Counted from the whole stretch's first letter, positions 12,444 to 28,319 are shown. The stretch is 63,062 nt of DNA, filler included, from Lenisia limosa (GCA_001655205.1; 14 parts of 14 records of this genome joined end to end with filler, not necessarily neighbours in it), one strand, 5' to 3'. Notes: generated by a model from the sequence alone, not told the origin. A program made the numbers and translations.

Positions 12444-14077
12444 ACTCTGTCGGAAAGCGTGGGACCACAGGGTGATAGACAGGTGAGCCTTTCGGTATTC
12501 GTTAGCTGATCTTACGATTTTTAGAGTCAGCTCTCTGTTATGTTTGGACAATGGATGGATCTTCCACCTTATGTCGAGATAATGGTCTGCAATAACTGTG
12601 AAAATGAGGGTGATACAATATGAATTTTATTGTTTTTTTAGCGTTTTCTTGCTATATTCTGAAATATATATAAATGTACAAGTTTACAAAGTTACTTTTT
12701 ATTAATAATTCAACAGGTACAAATCAACATGCCTGAAGACTTGACACCAGAGTCTTACGCTAGTATATCAAAATCCCACCTTGCCGAACAAGGTAAACTG
12801 GTGTCTCCTCGGATTGAAACAATCCAATGTTTACCGTTTCTTCAGTCTGTATTTTTATGAGCCAGGTTTAAACTTCACGGACTCTTTGGAGGAGTGTACA
12901 ATGATGGACAAGCCAGCACATGTTTTGATAATTGTTTGTGGATCTAAAACAAACCCGCTTGTATTGTACGTTGGGCAATACAATAGTCAAATATCGTTTC
13001 TTGATTTTTTTAAAGAAATCACAGCGAAAGCCAAGCCGATTGTGCTTTTCCTGCTGTGGTAACTTATATTATGTCTAACACTATCAATCTTTCTCAAAGA
13101 TAATATTTATCTCAACTGAGAATTTGTACTGTCTCTTTTTTAGCATGCAGTGATTATATTCACTAACGAGGGGTAACCAGTTTTTGATTTTTGCTAATTG
13201 GTACAGGACTCCACATCTAAAGATGCCCCTTTCCGGCTGCTCTCAAGATTCTTGATTGGTTAGAGGAGTGGATTCAGATTTAACATGAAACAGAGTTATT
13301 TTAATGTTTCTGAGAGGAAAGGGGGAGGGGGGGGGGAGGTTAATAGGTGGATTATGCAAGAAATAATTTTACTGGGCGTCACCTTGCTCGTCGAATTTTC
13401 AGAAATCTGTTTCAGCGTCGCATTTTATCAAAGAGCCCTAGAATCACCCTTGAATGATCTCTCCCATCATTGCGATCACATGAGGTCAACCTGATTGTGT
13501 TTTCAGGCCTTAACAAAATCCGACGAAGAAAGTCTTTACCAGGCTGAGTTGCATACATAATGATTTTGGTCCAAAAGCGGCAATTTGTAACGGAAATAAA
13601 AAACACCGAGTACGATAATCCACCGAAAAAATATATTTACATTCCGCTTAATTAGTGATAAACTATCAAAAATGCTTGAGTTCTCTCTGAACTGGATCTC
13701 ATCTGACTTTACAGAGGAAGGTACGGTCTTTGTTGCCAACTATATGTCTCTTCTTTCTGAAGGACCGTAAGCTTGTGACTATGACCCTTTCTACCCTATG
13801 TTTTTTGTCCACTTACAATTCAGAAATCCGTTTGATGAGTACGAAAGATTCCTGCCAATAGCCAACGAAATTATCGACAGTTTCAATGAGCTGCATCCAG
13901 ATGTGGGTGGGATCAACAGATGGTGTGAATTTCTTTTTTTGAATGCTTGGGGGTGTGATTGGGTGATATCCGTCAAACAGGTCACTCATTATCATAGGTT
14001 CGGGAAGGTTCTCACGTAGCCTCCACCCCGCAACAGTCCCAATCGCCTCTAGTGGCTACCCCCCTTCGTCACCATGA
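12444..14077 (+). CDS. Multi-exon hypothetical protein, possibly PsbP/Mog1/DcrB-like fold
   Basis: About 10 short AG/GT-bounded exons. The phase-consistent join EGTVFVANYMSLLSEGP|NPFDEYERFLPIANEIIDSF resembles the C-terminal strand-helix of PsbP-like folds. The gene call is more secure than the fold call. Confidence 0.5.
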
Positions 14078-14794
14078 GAATGAACCATTGAGAAAGCAAT
14101 CTCCACCTCCAAAGGTTAGCTATCCTCTCTGTATCACCTTTCTTGAGGTGAATCTTTCATTCTCGGTTTCTGTTTTGTTTGAATTATCCAAGCGTTAACA
14201 TCGTAGGAAGAACAGGTGGGATGTTGGCCTTTCAAGAAGAGATGACGTTAATGGTGTCTGTCCAAACAGCAACGACTGAATGCTTCTTATTGTTCTATTC
14301 TTAGTACTTGTTGTGTTATTGTGTGAATAGCTGTGATTAATATGATTGGACACAATCCAGCCAGCCAGTCCAGCATACATCCGTACATGTACACTAACAT
14401 ATAATACTCCATTCTTCTATTCTTCTCACATTTGTCCATTTGTCTCACATAGCATATTCAGCTGATTGGAACAAGGTTGGAAAATGGGACAATGGGTGCA
14501 ATCACTTGCAATGGGACAAAACGACTGATGTGCCGGTGGCGCAGGTTTTGGAAAAATTTGAAAACAAATGGATTTAACAAATTAACTTTTAATATTGAAA
14601 AATCTATGTTAGTTAAGTGTTAATATTGGATTAAATCAGCCAAATAAGTGGACCTGATAAAAGTTGATACTCATTGAGACTACGACCTGCCTCTTCTTAA
14701 CTCTATACATCTATAGATACTTCAAAAAAGACTATTATAACTGGGGAAGCTTGATTTTAGCAGTTTCCTAAGGAGCCCCAGGGCGATCTTTGAA

Positions 14795-17166
14795 ATGAAT
14801 CTTTCGCAAACCCCCTCAGATGTTCCAGGAGCGCCACTCTACCTTGCCTTCAACCAAGATGCTTCGTATGAGGGATTTAATTATATTCTTTGAATGTGAG
14901 ATCGGGGGATAGGAGGCTTCTTTTTGCAATTATTGGAACTAGCAGGTGGATAAATTCAGACATCAGACAAATGCATCGTAATGACCATTTTGACCATCAA
15001 GGTATCTTGCTGTCGGAATGCGATCAGGATATTCAGTCTTCTCTCTTGAGCCTTTTGGAGAGTGCTTTTGCTCAAGTTTGTTTCTTTGTCCTCCTTTCTA
15101 TCATTTGAAATGGTTCTACAAATTGGAAACTGAAAATAGTTATTTTGACGAAGCTACCCTTTTTATATACACATATTTTTTCGAGTGATCTCACCCTTTG
15201 GCAAGATTGCCTACAAGTTTATTTGATTACTTAAGCTCATTGATTCTTCAGGAGAAGGGCTAGGCGGAGTGGGTATTCTTGAAATGCTGTTTTCCACGAC
15301 CTTGGCAGCTTTCGTCGGAGCAGGTATAGACCCTTCTTTTAGGTTGGCGTCCGATCACGGAAACAATAGGGGTGCGTTTTAGTTCAGTTACGAGTAACTT
15401 CTTTTGATATTTATGATGGAATACCAGTATTTTTGTTCATATATTGAAGATAAGATTGTTTTCTTTCTCTCATCACCTACCAATCTTGTCAAGAGAAGAT
15501 AACATATGATGGGCAATGAATTAGGTCATTCTCTTTTTTGATGAACTTCCTTACGGTCACCAGTCCACGCAAACTGGTGGTGTACAATGTCAAGGAGAAG
15601 TCTGTGATATGTGATATCAGCTACTTATCTTCCGTCCTCAACGTAAAGCTCAACCATGCTAGGTTAGAAAGGCCGAACTCTTCTTTATCCTAAACATCTC
15701 TTTTACTGTTGCAGGATGGTTGTAGTTCTGAACACAACATTGTACATTTATGACATGAAAACTATGAAGTCGCTCTCCGTTCTTGAAACAACCTCAAACC
15801 ATAGAGGTGCGTAGGGTTTCACCTTCAGCACGGATTTTTTTTATTTTATTTAGTATATAGTATATTATATAATTCATCAATAAATATCGATGTTGTGTCT
15901 GTGTTTTCTTGGTGGATAGAAGTGAAGCTCCATTAGACCATTTGTGTCACTGATTTTTTCTCTCTCTCATAATGCTGTTTTTTTATTGATAGAAGAACGG
16001 GATAATGACGGTACCAGGTCTTTGCGCTATTTCCACTGCAGCGAGCAGTTACATCCTGGCATACCCGTCATCTTCAACACTTGGTTGGGGATTAGTAGTA
16101 TATCTTGCTACTGGTTTTCTTTCTATGCCGTTTTCTCACGTGGTCTTGCGAAACGTCTTAACCTCAATGAACAGGAACGGTCCTTCTCTACGATATGGAA
16201 ACCCAGCAGCCTCTTCATGCTATTGATGCGCATAACGGCCAATTGGTGTGCCTTGCCCTTAGCCAGGACGGAACTCTTCTGGCTACAGCGTCCATTACCG
16301 GCACCATCATCCGCGTCTTTAGCGTGGCTGGTCTGAGGGCACAAAAATCTCAATAAATATGAAATAATATTCTCTTAATGGAGAAAAGGATTAATTCTTA
16401 CAAGTTCAGACGGAAAGTGTGTTGGAATGTACCGAAGAGGCACAACATCATCTGAAATCACAAGTCTGTCATTTTCCCCTCATGGTGATGTTGTCGCTGC
16501 TGCCAGTGCCAATGGAACCGTTCATGTCTTCAAAATTGTGATACAGAAGTTGGGGGAGGGGGGAATTCTATTTTGTTACAATCAGACAGGTTTGTTTGTG
16601 ATTGTGTGGTGATAGATGATATCGTATTATTGCTCAAAATTATACGAGCACTCTGATTATTCAGGGAAGAACCAGTTGAACCATCGCGCTTCTCGATCAG
16701 GTCACTGATCCCCTCTCAATTGTCAAACCTGGTCGAGACCCCTCGTGCTGATTGGAAAATCTCATTACCTCTTCAAAAGGGTGCCCTGGTGAGTTGTTAA
16801 TGAGAGCAAAAGCCCCTCATTCCATCCAATTTGATATTTTCTACTTTTATAGTATGATATCAACATGTAATTAATAGTGTATTATTGGTTCCCACATAAT
16901 GAAAAGTTACCATGGAATAAGATTCATATATCAGCTCTTCACTTGTATTATCATTTTGTAACAAATGGTACCACTCATCCTCCCTCCACCAGGTTGCTTT
17001 CCGATCCGAACAATTGTTAGTCTCCGCTCAGGCTGATGGATCCGTTTTATCGTTCCGTCTCCTGCCAGATGGCGAGACAAGGCTTGATGCTGTTGGTGGG
17101 ACTTGTTGGCTTGATGGCGGTGGTGGGATAAGGAGGGGGTGCAGTAGAAATAGGTTCTTTGATTAA
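14795..17166 (+). CDS. ATG18: Autophagy-related protein 18 / WIPI (PROPPIN) WD40 protein, multi-exon, apparently complete
   Basis: Exons encode LYLAFNQDAS, GGVGILEMLFSTTLAAFVGA, SPRKLVVYNVKEKSVICDI...VKLNHAR, MVVVLNTTLYIYDMKTMK, GLCAIS...YILAYPSS, AHNGQLVCLALSQDGTLLATASITGTIIRVFSV, YRRGTTSSEITSLSFS...ASANGTVHVFKI. These are the hallmark PROPPIN blocks, including the F/YRRG motif. Confidence 0.92.
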
Positions 17167-17354
17167 CATTCAACTAACAATTCAGGAAAAGAACCTCAAT
17201 GACTACTCGGCTCGTATTTCTTAGAGTAGCTAGGATGTGACCCCATATTTTGTTTCATTTCTGATTGTATTTTTTATGGATTATTTAATATGAAGGGTGG
17301 GCTTTTCCAAAAAGAATATCCACATTTTACCTATAAAGGAAAGCATATGTCAAT

Positions 17355-19020
17355 CTAGTTACACTGGAGCTCCTCAGGAATTTCAAATGCTCGGTCACTC
17401 ACGGACTAATCAAGTTAGGATTGCAAGGAAGAGGGATTGGAATTGTCTCTGAGAATTGAGGTACACTAGCCAGAAAACTAGCTCACCATTTATACTTTAT
17501 TGAATACAACACCTTACACATAAACTACACAGAGAATATATGCTGACAAGCGTGAGCATATCCCGTCCCGGTCTCACATCTTTTTTGACAAAGTTCGGGA
17601 ACCAGAGTTTCATCTGAGTCACATCACCAGTTTTCTCGCAATAAACTGGTGAATGATGTACAACGTCCAACTGGGGGGGGGGGGGGANNNNNNNNNNNNN
17701 NNNNNNNNNNNNNNNNNNNNNNNNNNNNNNNNNNNNNNNNNNNNNNNNNNNNNNNNNNNNNNNNNNNNNNNNNNNNNNNNNNNNNNNNNNNNNNNNNNNN
17801 NNNNNNNNNNNNAAACAAAAAAAAAACAAGTAATAACAAACACGAGCAACCGTAAAACAAAGGAAATTTCGGTGAAGAATATTGGCATAAAGGCATTAAT
17901 CAGGAAAAGAATACCCTAAAACTCCAAACAAAAAACAAAAATAGAAGGCAATAACAAACATGCGCAAAGCACGTTGAAACTAGACAAAAACCAGATAACA
18001 CAAATATAAACACATTGCCAAAGCCAGCCTTTGAAGAGTCCCACCACCGCCTGTTCACCCAGGGCGTTAAAAAAAGAAAGGGAAAGTTTGATTAACAATT
18101 CGACTAATTTGGGGGGGGGGGTCAAAATGCTTTCTGCTTTTTAAGTTCAAAATAGAAAATACCATGAGTACTATTTATCACCTTCCAAACCAACCCAGCA
18201 GATGTGTTCTTTGATATCAATTTGAGGCTCTGCTTCAACAATAAACTTGGCACACTACTCTGAATTAGGATTCGAAAGATAAAGCTAAAAACTAATAAAG
18301 GAATTCCAATCCACTCACAAATATCCCTTCCTTGAACTCATACTTCTCAAATTCACCGTTCTTAGGTACTGCGTATTTTGACTCAGCTGCGGTATTAAAA
18401 GAAAAAGCAATTACCCATTTTGCCAATGTTGAACCACAGAAAAACACTTACGTTTGACGATTGAACAATGAGGCTGTGTCATAGGGGTGGTGATGATGGA
18501 AGCACCGGCGATACCATTGCGGATAGCACACTGTCAATGAGAATTGGACATCAAATACAATGTGCATCTATAGTTGATATATTTTTAAAGCAATAACAGC
18601 TTGTGATTTCATATGCCCCCTTCCCAACATGGTTAACTTCATTGTCAGCGTGATACTCCAAGCGCGATTGCTGGAATAAGGTTTAGCACTTCAAGATGAA
18701 GAGATTGCAATTGTATCGAAACTAACATTTCTGTCACCATTCGCGATCCAGCGGCCGTCCCACGTGAATCCTCTTCCTCCACTTGTCTGAAAGTCAAAAG
18801 TGATCCACACAGGGGGTAAACTTGTTAATATAACCTTTGAACCACGTTGATGTGTTTAACAAAAACAATCTGTAACAGTTTTTTACTACGGGAACTATCA
18901 ATTATTCCAAAATAATTTATCAATTAATAAAATATGTCCACTTCTTATCAACATTGCAAGATATTTTACTGTCACCTCAAAAATAAAGCCTTTAAAGACA
19001 ATCTGGTGCGTTGAGGACAT
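17355..19020 (-). CDS. Multi-exon hypothetical protein, possibly ependymin-related/LolA-fold
   Basis: Phase-consistent chain ...TSGGRGFTWDGRWIANGDRN|QSRLEYHADNE|CAIRNG...|ESKYAVPKNGEFEKYEFKEGIF|CAKFIVEAEP...CWVGLE, and a last exon SVSDRAFEIPEELQCN* reminiscent of the ependymin-related C-terminal D-x-x-F-x-x-P...C motif. Confidence 0.45.
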
Positions 19021-19630
19021 CCAACAAAATGATCGGAGGGTAGCAAACAAACAAATTTCCCGCCCACCATTTCGTAGTGAATTGTTGTCTCAAATATTTG
19101 AGGAAACCTAAGAAGAATCAAATATTCCTCATATCAATCATATACTTATATATATAGTATATCTAAAAGATTCCACAGAATTTTTATTGACAGAATTACA
19201 CTTCTATCCGAAGGCAAGCGAAGAGGTATTTATTGGAATATATGTTGGTTATTTTTGATAATAATTGTTGTTAGCATCTCTTTGGAGTTGAACTCACTGG
19301 AATTCGATACTTGCAAAAGCAAGGGAAACAAGAAGACACAAAAGTAGCTAAAGCAGGGTTTGAAGAAGATGTTGAAAAAGAAACTTACTGCGCGCATTGT
19401 GAGTGGGTGACAGGTGGGTGATGATTGTGGTTGGTGTCGTTCCACGTTTCTCTTGCCGGAAGAGCAGTCTGGACCCCAAAATCTCCTTGAGTTTGGCTCG
19501 GAAGGAAAGGGAAGGGGAGGCGCCAAATAGTTGGGATTTGGATCCCAGCGATCTTTCAAGTGTCAAGTATTAACATCTTCTGGGGGGTTCTATACATCAT
19601 TATTCATTCAATCACAGTTCAATCATTATT

Positions 19631-19896
19631 ATGATGGTCAACAGGGCCCTTGTAGTTGCTGCATTGAGTGTGCTCTTTGCCCTCAGTTCTTCTTACGACA
19701 TGTAATCAGCTTTTTTCAACTCACTTTTCTAGGCCAATTTTGGCTCCAAACGGTCTGAAACTACATGTTATTGATCCTGTTGCGGATAGTGACCCTATTA
19801 CCAAGGTTTGTCAGGTTGTAGTTTGTTTTGAAACACACTCTAATTCATTCCAATGCTGACTTCTATAGGGGTTCTTTGATGCTCATGTTGCAAAAG
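19631..19896 (+). CDS. Secreted protein N-terminus, partial
   Basis: MMVNRALVVAALSVLFALSSSYD (signal-peptide-like), then two in-phase exons (PILAPNGLKLHVIDPVADSDPITK|GFFDAHVAK). Cut by the spacer at 19984. Confidence 0.5.
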
Positions 19897-20253
19897 GTAA
19901 TTTGCTTGGTGTATACATGCACACACACACACACACACANNNNNNNNNNNNNNNNNNNNNNNNNNNNNNNNNNNNNNNNNNNNTTAATTAATTAANNNNN
20001 NNNNNNNNNNNNNNNNNNNNNNNNNNNNNNNNNNNNNNNCCCACACACACAGAGACATATGCATATCGACATACAGACACGTACACCCCAAATATCCCTG
20101 GGGCTTCCCTACGTTCCCACAAAAGACTGAATATTTCGATAAATCCTCGATAAACACGATATTTGACCGGTCGTTTTCGGACCGTAGGGAAGCCCAAATA
20201 CCTCCAAAATCTCCCACAACTACCCCATGAAATTCCTCCACAACTACGCCCAC

Positions 20254-21908
20254 TCTGTTCCACGTGGGCGAGTCGTGACGAGAAAGTGTATTATCCTGTT
20301 CAGTCAGGGGCGCTAGCATGCTCGCAAGGCACAACGCAATTTCGGCCTTGACTTCCTACGGGGGTAAACGAAGGAAAAAATTTAGGAAACAGAAAAGCCC
20401 AAAGTAAAACGAAAGAAATTTCGATGAGGAGTATTGGCGTGAAGGGGGGGGGGGGNNNNNNNNNNNNNNNNNNNNNNNNNNNNNNNNNNNNNNNNNNNNN
20501 NNNNNNNNNNNNNNNNNNNNNNNNNNNNNNNNNNNNNNNNNNNNNNNNNNNNNNNNNNNNNNNNNNNNNNNAGGAGGCTATGAATGCTAATCCCCCACCC
20601 TCACCCCCCATATAACAATGATAAATAAGAAACAAGGTTGTATCCGGCCGAAGTCGTCCACACCACTAACCTGTCTCTTGGCATGACTCCACACTCCCTC
20701 CATGACGGTCAGCATGTCTGTGGAGATTTCGACTTGTTGCGGGGTGTCCATCTGAAGTGGGTTAGTGGGTTGGTTAAACACAGAGATGAGATGTGTTTTT
20801 TTTTGTTTCCGTAGATTTCTAATGTAATTTATTTCTCTTGCATAAATCATAAACAATACAAAAACACCCTCCAAGCCTACGCTTAATTTGAGATACTTCG
20901 ACAGCCTGACCAGGGAAAGAGTCCGAACCACAGAAGACGTGGATTGTTCCAATTCTGTGAAGAGTCGATGGGTGACTTGCGAAAACCTGGTTGTGATGAA
21001 TATTTAGAGAACTGAGAAATAAAAAACATGATTGTCCCCGGCCGAAGCCGCCCACACCAATACCACTTTTTCCAACACAAATACTATTGTTCTTATCATA
21101 CAAACNNNNNNNNNNNNNNNNNNNNNNNNNNNNNNNNNNNNNNNNNNNNNNNNNNNNNNNNNNNNNNNNNNNNNNNACAAATAGGGCTTCACTTCGGTTC
21201 AAAAAAGACCGTCGATAATGTTCGAGGATTTATCGAGAAATTCACTCTTTTTTCGAACCGAAGTGAAGCCCTAGACTCAATCGTCACCAGTACACTTAAC
21301 AATCCTCACCTATACTGCGACACAATGCCTAAGACTTGGGCGAAGATATCGAGGACATTGTCAAGATCGTTGTTCATCCACTGGTTGTCTCGCACCGTTC
21401 TAGGAAAAGTTAAAAAAAAAAGTGGAGCAAAAAAATAGCATCCACAAAAAGACCGGTTAAATATCGATATTTATCGAGAATTATCGAGAAATTCAGTCTT
21501 TTACCGTAGGGAAGCCCTAGGTATAATTCATTTGATGATTAGTACAGGTGTATGTGTTTGTGGGTGGTAGTGCACGCGCTCGGGGGTTAGTATTGTCATA
21601 GATGGGGAGAATAGGGGTGTGATAATATGGGAATAAGAGAATAGAGTGCGACCACTTTGGGACATAATTTATCAGTTGTGGCACTCTTTATTATTGAAGG
21701 GGTGTGGTGGTGAACGGAAATAGAGGGTAATTTTCTTCTCATGATTACTTTTAGGACTTCACTTCGTTTCGAAAAAATCCAATTTCTCGATAAATACTCG
21801 AAAACTGTCGATATTTTGACGGTGTGAAGCCCTCATTACTTCTAATGAACCCACATACACAGTTCTATTAGCACGGGAAAAGGCCAGCTCTTCTAGCATA
21901 TTACTGAC
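20254..21908 (-). CDS. FRY: Furry/Tao3/Mor2-family scaffold protein, N-terminal region, partial
   Basis: In-phase exons VLDIFAQVLGIVSQYR|FSQVTHRLFTELEQSTSSVVRTLSLVRLSKYLKLS|MDTPQQVEISTDMLTVMEGVWSHAKRQ|EVKAEIALCLASMLAPL follow the recalled Furry pattern (D-LYAEVIGVLAQ-KF-x-V-xx-F-x-EL ... MKFFRI ... DIKHALAGLFVEILVP). Confidence 0.7.
21182..21273. mobile_element. MITE family A (~90 bp, TAGGGCTT...AAGCCCTA termini), representative copy
   Basis: TIR tagggcttcacttcggttc(g)aaaaaag / ctttttcgaaccgaagtgaagcccta. Full or partial copies at ~20100, 21182, 21445, 21752, 23487, 24850, 27735, 28797, 29295, 43395, 44420, 44485, 55042, 55748, 57852, 58412, 59088. Confidence 0.85.
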
Positions 21909-22486
21909 CTGAAAACGGTAAATATCAAGAAAATGTAAGATATCTGTATAGAACCAAAAAAAAGTTTACACATTCCAACAAAGAAATCTCTTAAACAAAA
22001 TCGAACAAGAGGCAAATATAAGCGGCAAAATTAAACTAATTCCGAAAAATTGTAAGAATCCAGTTAGAGCCCACCTCGTCGGAAAGAGGGCTACATGCCC
22101 GGGCCTCACAGACCAAAACTACGCAATATTAGAAAAGAATTAAAACATCTACGCATTTCAATAGGATATACCTCCCCTTTATATTTGCTCAACGTTTCCC
22201 AGAACGGTTTGCGACAACCAGGGACCGCAGGGAAACTCTAAATACACCATACAATGACCAGAATATGTCTTGACCGATTTTCCTTGGAAAATCACACGAC
22301 CCGCAGGGAAGCTCTAGATACACCATACAGTGACCGGGATATGGGATATGTATATATCTTGACCGATTTTCCTTGGGAAATCACAGNNNNNNNNNNNNNN
22401 NNNNNNNNNNNNNNNNNNNNNNNNNNNNNNTTAATTAATTAANNNNNNNNNNNNNNNNNNNNNNNNNNNNNNNNNNNNNNNNNNNN

Positions 22487-24195
<1,709 letters not shown>

Positions 24196-27100
24196 CTGGA
24201 GAGTGAGCGCATGGGAAGAAATGGGAAACAAAAAGGAATATCCCCCCTCCTCCCTGTCATGGTATAATTATTGGCTCTCCCCTGTCATGGTATAATTATT
24301 GGCTCNNNNNNNNNNNNNNNNNNNNNNNNNNNNNNNNNNNNNNNNNNNNTTAATTAATTAANNNNNNNNNNNNNNNNNNNNNNNNNNNNNNNNNNNNNNN
24401 NNNNNTGGGGGGTGGGGTATAGATTTTATATATATAGAAATGAGTGTAAATTTGTTCTTTTAACATACTGTGACTGGGATAATTCTTGACCGATTTTCCT
24501 GGAATTCCAAGTAATCAATACATGTCATCATTTAGTTCTAATATTGATGAATTTTGTATTTATTCCTTGAGACATATTCAATTAACTAACAATCTCAGGG
24601 ACATGTATTCAATGCCTACAATTCTAGTTATAATGTTATTGAATATTTTATTTATTCTTGGGACAAATTTTTTACAATTCCAGGGACATGACAGTGGACG
24701 GTGCAAAAGACGCATGTAGAGATTGCCATCCTGGTACGTTATTCAGGGCATTCCCCCCCCCCCCCTNNNNNNNNNNNNNNNNNNNNNNNNNNNNNNNNNN
24801 NNNNNNNNNNNNNNNNNNNNNNNNNNNNNNNNNNNNNNNNNNNNNNNNNCTGAATTTTTCGATAAATCTTCGAAAACTATTGATGTTTTTACCGGTCTTT
24901 TTCGAACCGAAGTGAAGCCCTAGTTCTTAGTTGTCCCCCGGTTTATGACACGCCATATTAACTCAGTAGGATACGCGAGTGGTAATGAATGTCACCATTG
25001 TGCCAATCAGCTGATCACGAGAGAGTCAGACACTGCTATCTTGGCTAATTGGTTGGTGGCAAGATGATATTACTTCACATAAAGTGAAACTAATATGAAT
25101 TCACATTAATTCTTCAATTTGATCGTTCCCTTTTTATGCAAAGTTTTGTCGCTTCTCTCTGTTTCTGTCTCTTCTTCAGTTCAGAATTATTCTCTGTTTC
25201 TCTGTTTTAAAGCCCTCCCCTCCACTACCACCACTATGTTTATTCTTATTCTTGCCTTGTCTTGTCACATACATACATATTCTTGAAGTCCACAGAGGGT
25301 TAAAGAACTGTTTCGGGGAAGGTTTTCAAAACACAACACAATTTAGCTGCAGAAGTACGGTAATATTGCTTATTCAAACAACAGATATTGAACAAACACC
25401 TTTGTGTGACTACCTAATTCAATAATCAGAACATTATTTGCAAGGTACCGAGTCAAAAGCACCGATTCAATCTCCGTAACATGCAATACGAGGAGACAGG
25501 TGGAACGGCAGTGCAAAAAAAAAAAGATAGGGTAGACAGTCAGTATCTAACTTGCGTAATTATCCAACCATTAAATTTCTTCAACAACAAACTTCGGTGT
25601 GATGCGGCCTCAATTTGTCTGACATCTCTTTTTCTACTTTGAATTGTATGTTCATACAGTCTCAAGAATCTATAAACTTCACTTGTATGAAGGAGTTTTT
25701 TTGGTGGGGACTTAATGTTGTCTAGGCAGAGCCCTTCTCAATTAATGGCCATCTTGTTNNNNNNNNNNNNNNNNNNNNNNNNNNNNNNNNNNNNNNNNNN
25801 NNNNNNNNNNNNNNNNNNNNNNNNNNNNNNNNNNNNNNNNNNNNNNNNNNNNNNNNNNNNNNNNNNNNNNTGTTTAGATGTTAAAATCCCCGCGTGAACG
25901 TTTGAGAAAACTTATTGAAAGACTGTTGTTTTTGGAACAGGGAAAGCATCACCAGATCTTTATACACATGCAAACACCACCACGAACCGAAAAGGGGATC
26001 TTTAACGCCTGCACATTGCTCGAAATATCTGGAGAAATCACGACACAAACCAGTCAAATCTTGCAGGTTGGTTTATTGATTCATTGTATATGTGGGGGTA
26101 TACCCCGAATTTTGAGAGCATCACTTTTGCGGCAATACTGACTTTCGTTCTGAGATGATAACTTCAGAATGAAGTCGACAGCCAAAATCTTGGAAAATTT
26201 TGGGGTCTTCAATTTTTATGAAAATTTACTTTCGATATCTAATCGTGATTAGTTGCTAATCTGGTGAGGCTATAATGCCACAAAACAGAGGTATCAGAGT
26301 ACCATGAATCCAACAACAATAACAACATCAAATACAAAACCCACAAACTGAATGAAAAATCAGGTTTTGTACAGAATCCTTCAGGTCGTTGCCATTCTGA
26401 GCGGATGTCACAAGCTTCAACGTTTCGCAGTCATTGCCTCCATCAAAGCTTTGATCAAATATTGCTGAAAGTGTATAATATAATTGGTTGTTTTACCTTC
26501 ACATGACACAGGTACTCTTTCTAAATCACACGTCCAAAAAAAAACCAAAGAAAGGAATTTTTAAAACAGTTAATTTAAAAAGGGTTTCCTTGACCTGTAA
26601 TGATAACTTGAGCGACAACCTTAAATGCACTGTTTGCCCAGTTTGTTCTGACAGACTTTTTTCATGATCGCTATGTTGCTTTGACTTGAGATTCTTTTGA
26701 TTACTTTGATGCATTGACTTGGGATTCTTTAAACAATAGATTAAAATCTTTCTTTCTCTCCTTCAGTCCCCTTAACTAATATTGCAGCCGGTGTCCGCGT
26801 GGAATGGTTAAAGACGTCTCAGGAAGCTGTAATACTTGCAGTGGGCGGGGAGGGGNNNNNNNNNNNNNNNNNNNNNNNNNNNNNNNNNNNNNNNNNNNNT
26901 TAATTAATTAANNNNNNNNNNNNNNNNNNNNNNNNNNNNNNNNNNNNNNNNNNNNTTGTTGTATTATGATTTTGTTGTATTATGATTTTGTTGTATTATG
27001 ATTTTGTTGTATTATTATTTTCAATCAGTTCACAGATTTACCCTGTTTAGGGTAAAGGAAAGTACAAGACGCATACATTCTCTTACGTTGGATCATGGAT

Positions 27101-28237
27101 GTCAAATATGGTACGTAACACAGGCACTCGGGAACCGATTTTACATAGTTTTTCAGTTTTACGGGTTTTTTTGTTTCATAAATTTTTCAATTTTTAACCG
27201 CCCGCCCCCCCACTACAGCCCCATGGCCATGGGACACTAACTTTGATTTCCGGCATGGTGTTCGAGGGAGAGTTCAAGTTTGTGGGTCTTCTCCTTTCGA
27301 TACAAATTCACTCTTATGTACCAAAACACTGCTTAATCGACCTAGTTAAGGAACTCGCAATAATAAAATGTATAATCATGACAATGCTATGAATTGAACT
27401 GTTTAAAAATCAGCTGTCTGAAAATACACTAAGAATAATAACTCAATATTATTATACCTAATTTTATTTATCACTGACTGTTTAGACGAGGCTGGCGCTC
27501 AGGAAACGTCAAAATGACCACAGCCGAAGGCCGCATCGGTATGTGGGTGGATTTCGGGGGAAGTCTTGGGGCTAAGGGAGGGTGTAGGGAGAGGCCAAAA
27601 ATTAGGTAGTATAATATATGCTGGACGACCACCCTTAGTTAACTGGTAGAAAAGTCCTAATTTTTGCTGAATACAAAATTAATAACTTCCCTTCCGGTTC
27701 TCGAACCTCGGTTCGTGATAAAAAGAGAACGACAAAGACCGGTAAAATATCGATATTTACGAAGATTTATCGAGAAATTCAGTCTCTTTTTCGGACTGAA
27801 GTGAGCCCTACTGAATGTTACATGAAATTTATTACACTGAGGCAACAAAAGGCAACATAGTGTAGGTCAGCAACTTGGGATTCCATTGTGATGTTTGGAA
27901 ATCCGTACAGTCCGTCAATAATAACCTGGAATAAGAATCCCAAGTCAATGCGCCGTGGTGATATTTTGTTTAAAGTTTGAATAGAGACAGACACTCTTGC
28001 ACTCATATAATACTTTTTAGTGAACCTGCGATGGGTTGACGGATTGTTGACTACAGAAACGATTGAGATTCCGCCGGACCTTCCCTCTGTCGATCTTTTG
28101 ATCTAGGTTGTTCTGTTTCTTTTGGGTTCTGTATTTAGTTCTTTCTTTGGTTATCATGCGGGTAAAGGCCTTTATTTCTTTGTTAAAATTATTGAAGGGA
28201 AAAACAGCCCAAATAAAATGTCCAATAGCCACTCTGG

Positions 28238-28319
28238 CTACGGCGCGGACTTGGGTCTTTTTTTTATTTGGGAACCAATCCATGGGATTCCTAAAGAATC
28301 CCAAGTCGATGCGCCGTAG
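28238..28319. mobile_element. MITE family F (CTACGGCGC..GACTTGGG / CCCAAGTC..GCGCCGTAG)
   Basis: Inverted termini. A second copy at ~27872-27958 and a half copy at ~26716. Confidence 0.65.

Noticed and set aside
26090-26210. KILAVD on the minus strand as a receiver domain of the histidine kinase
   Set aside because: Lacks the following acidic pair and other receiver motifs, and lies two spacers away from the kinase.
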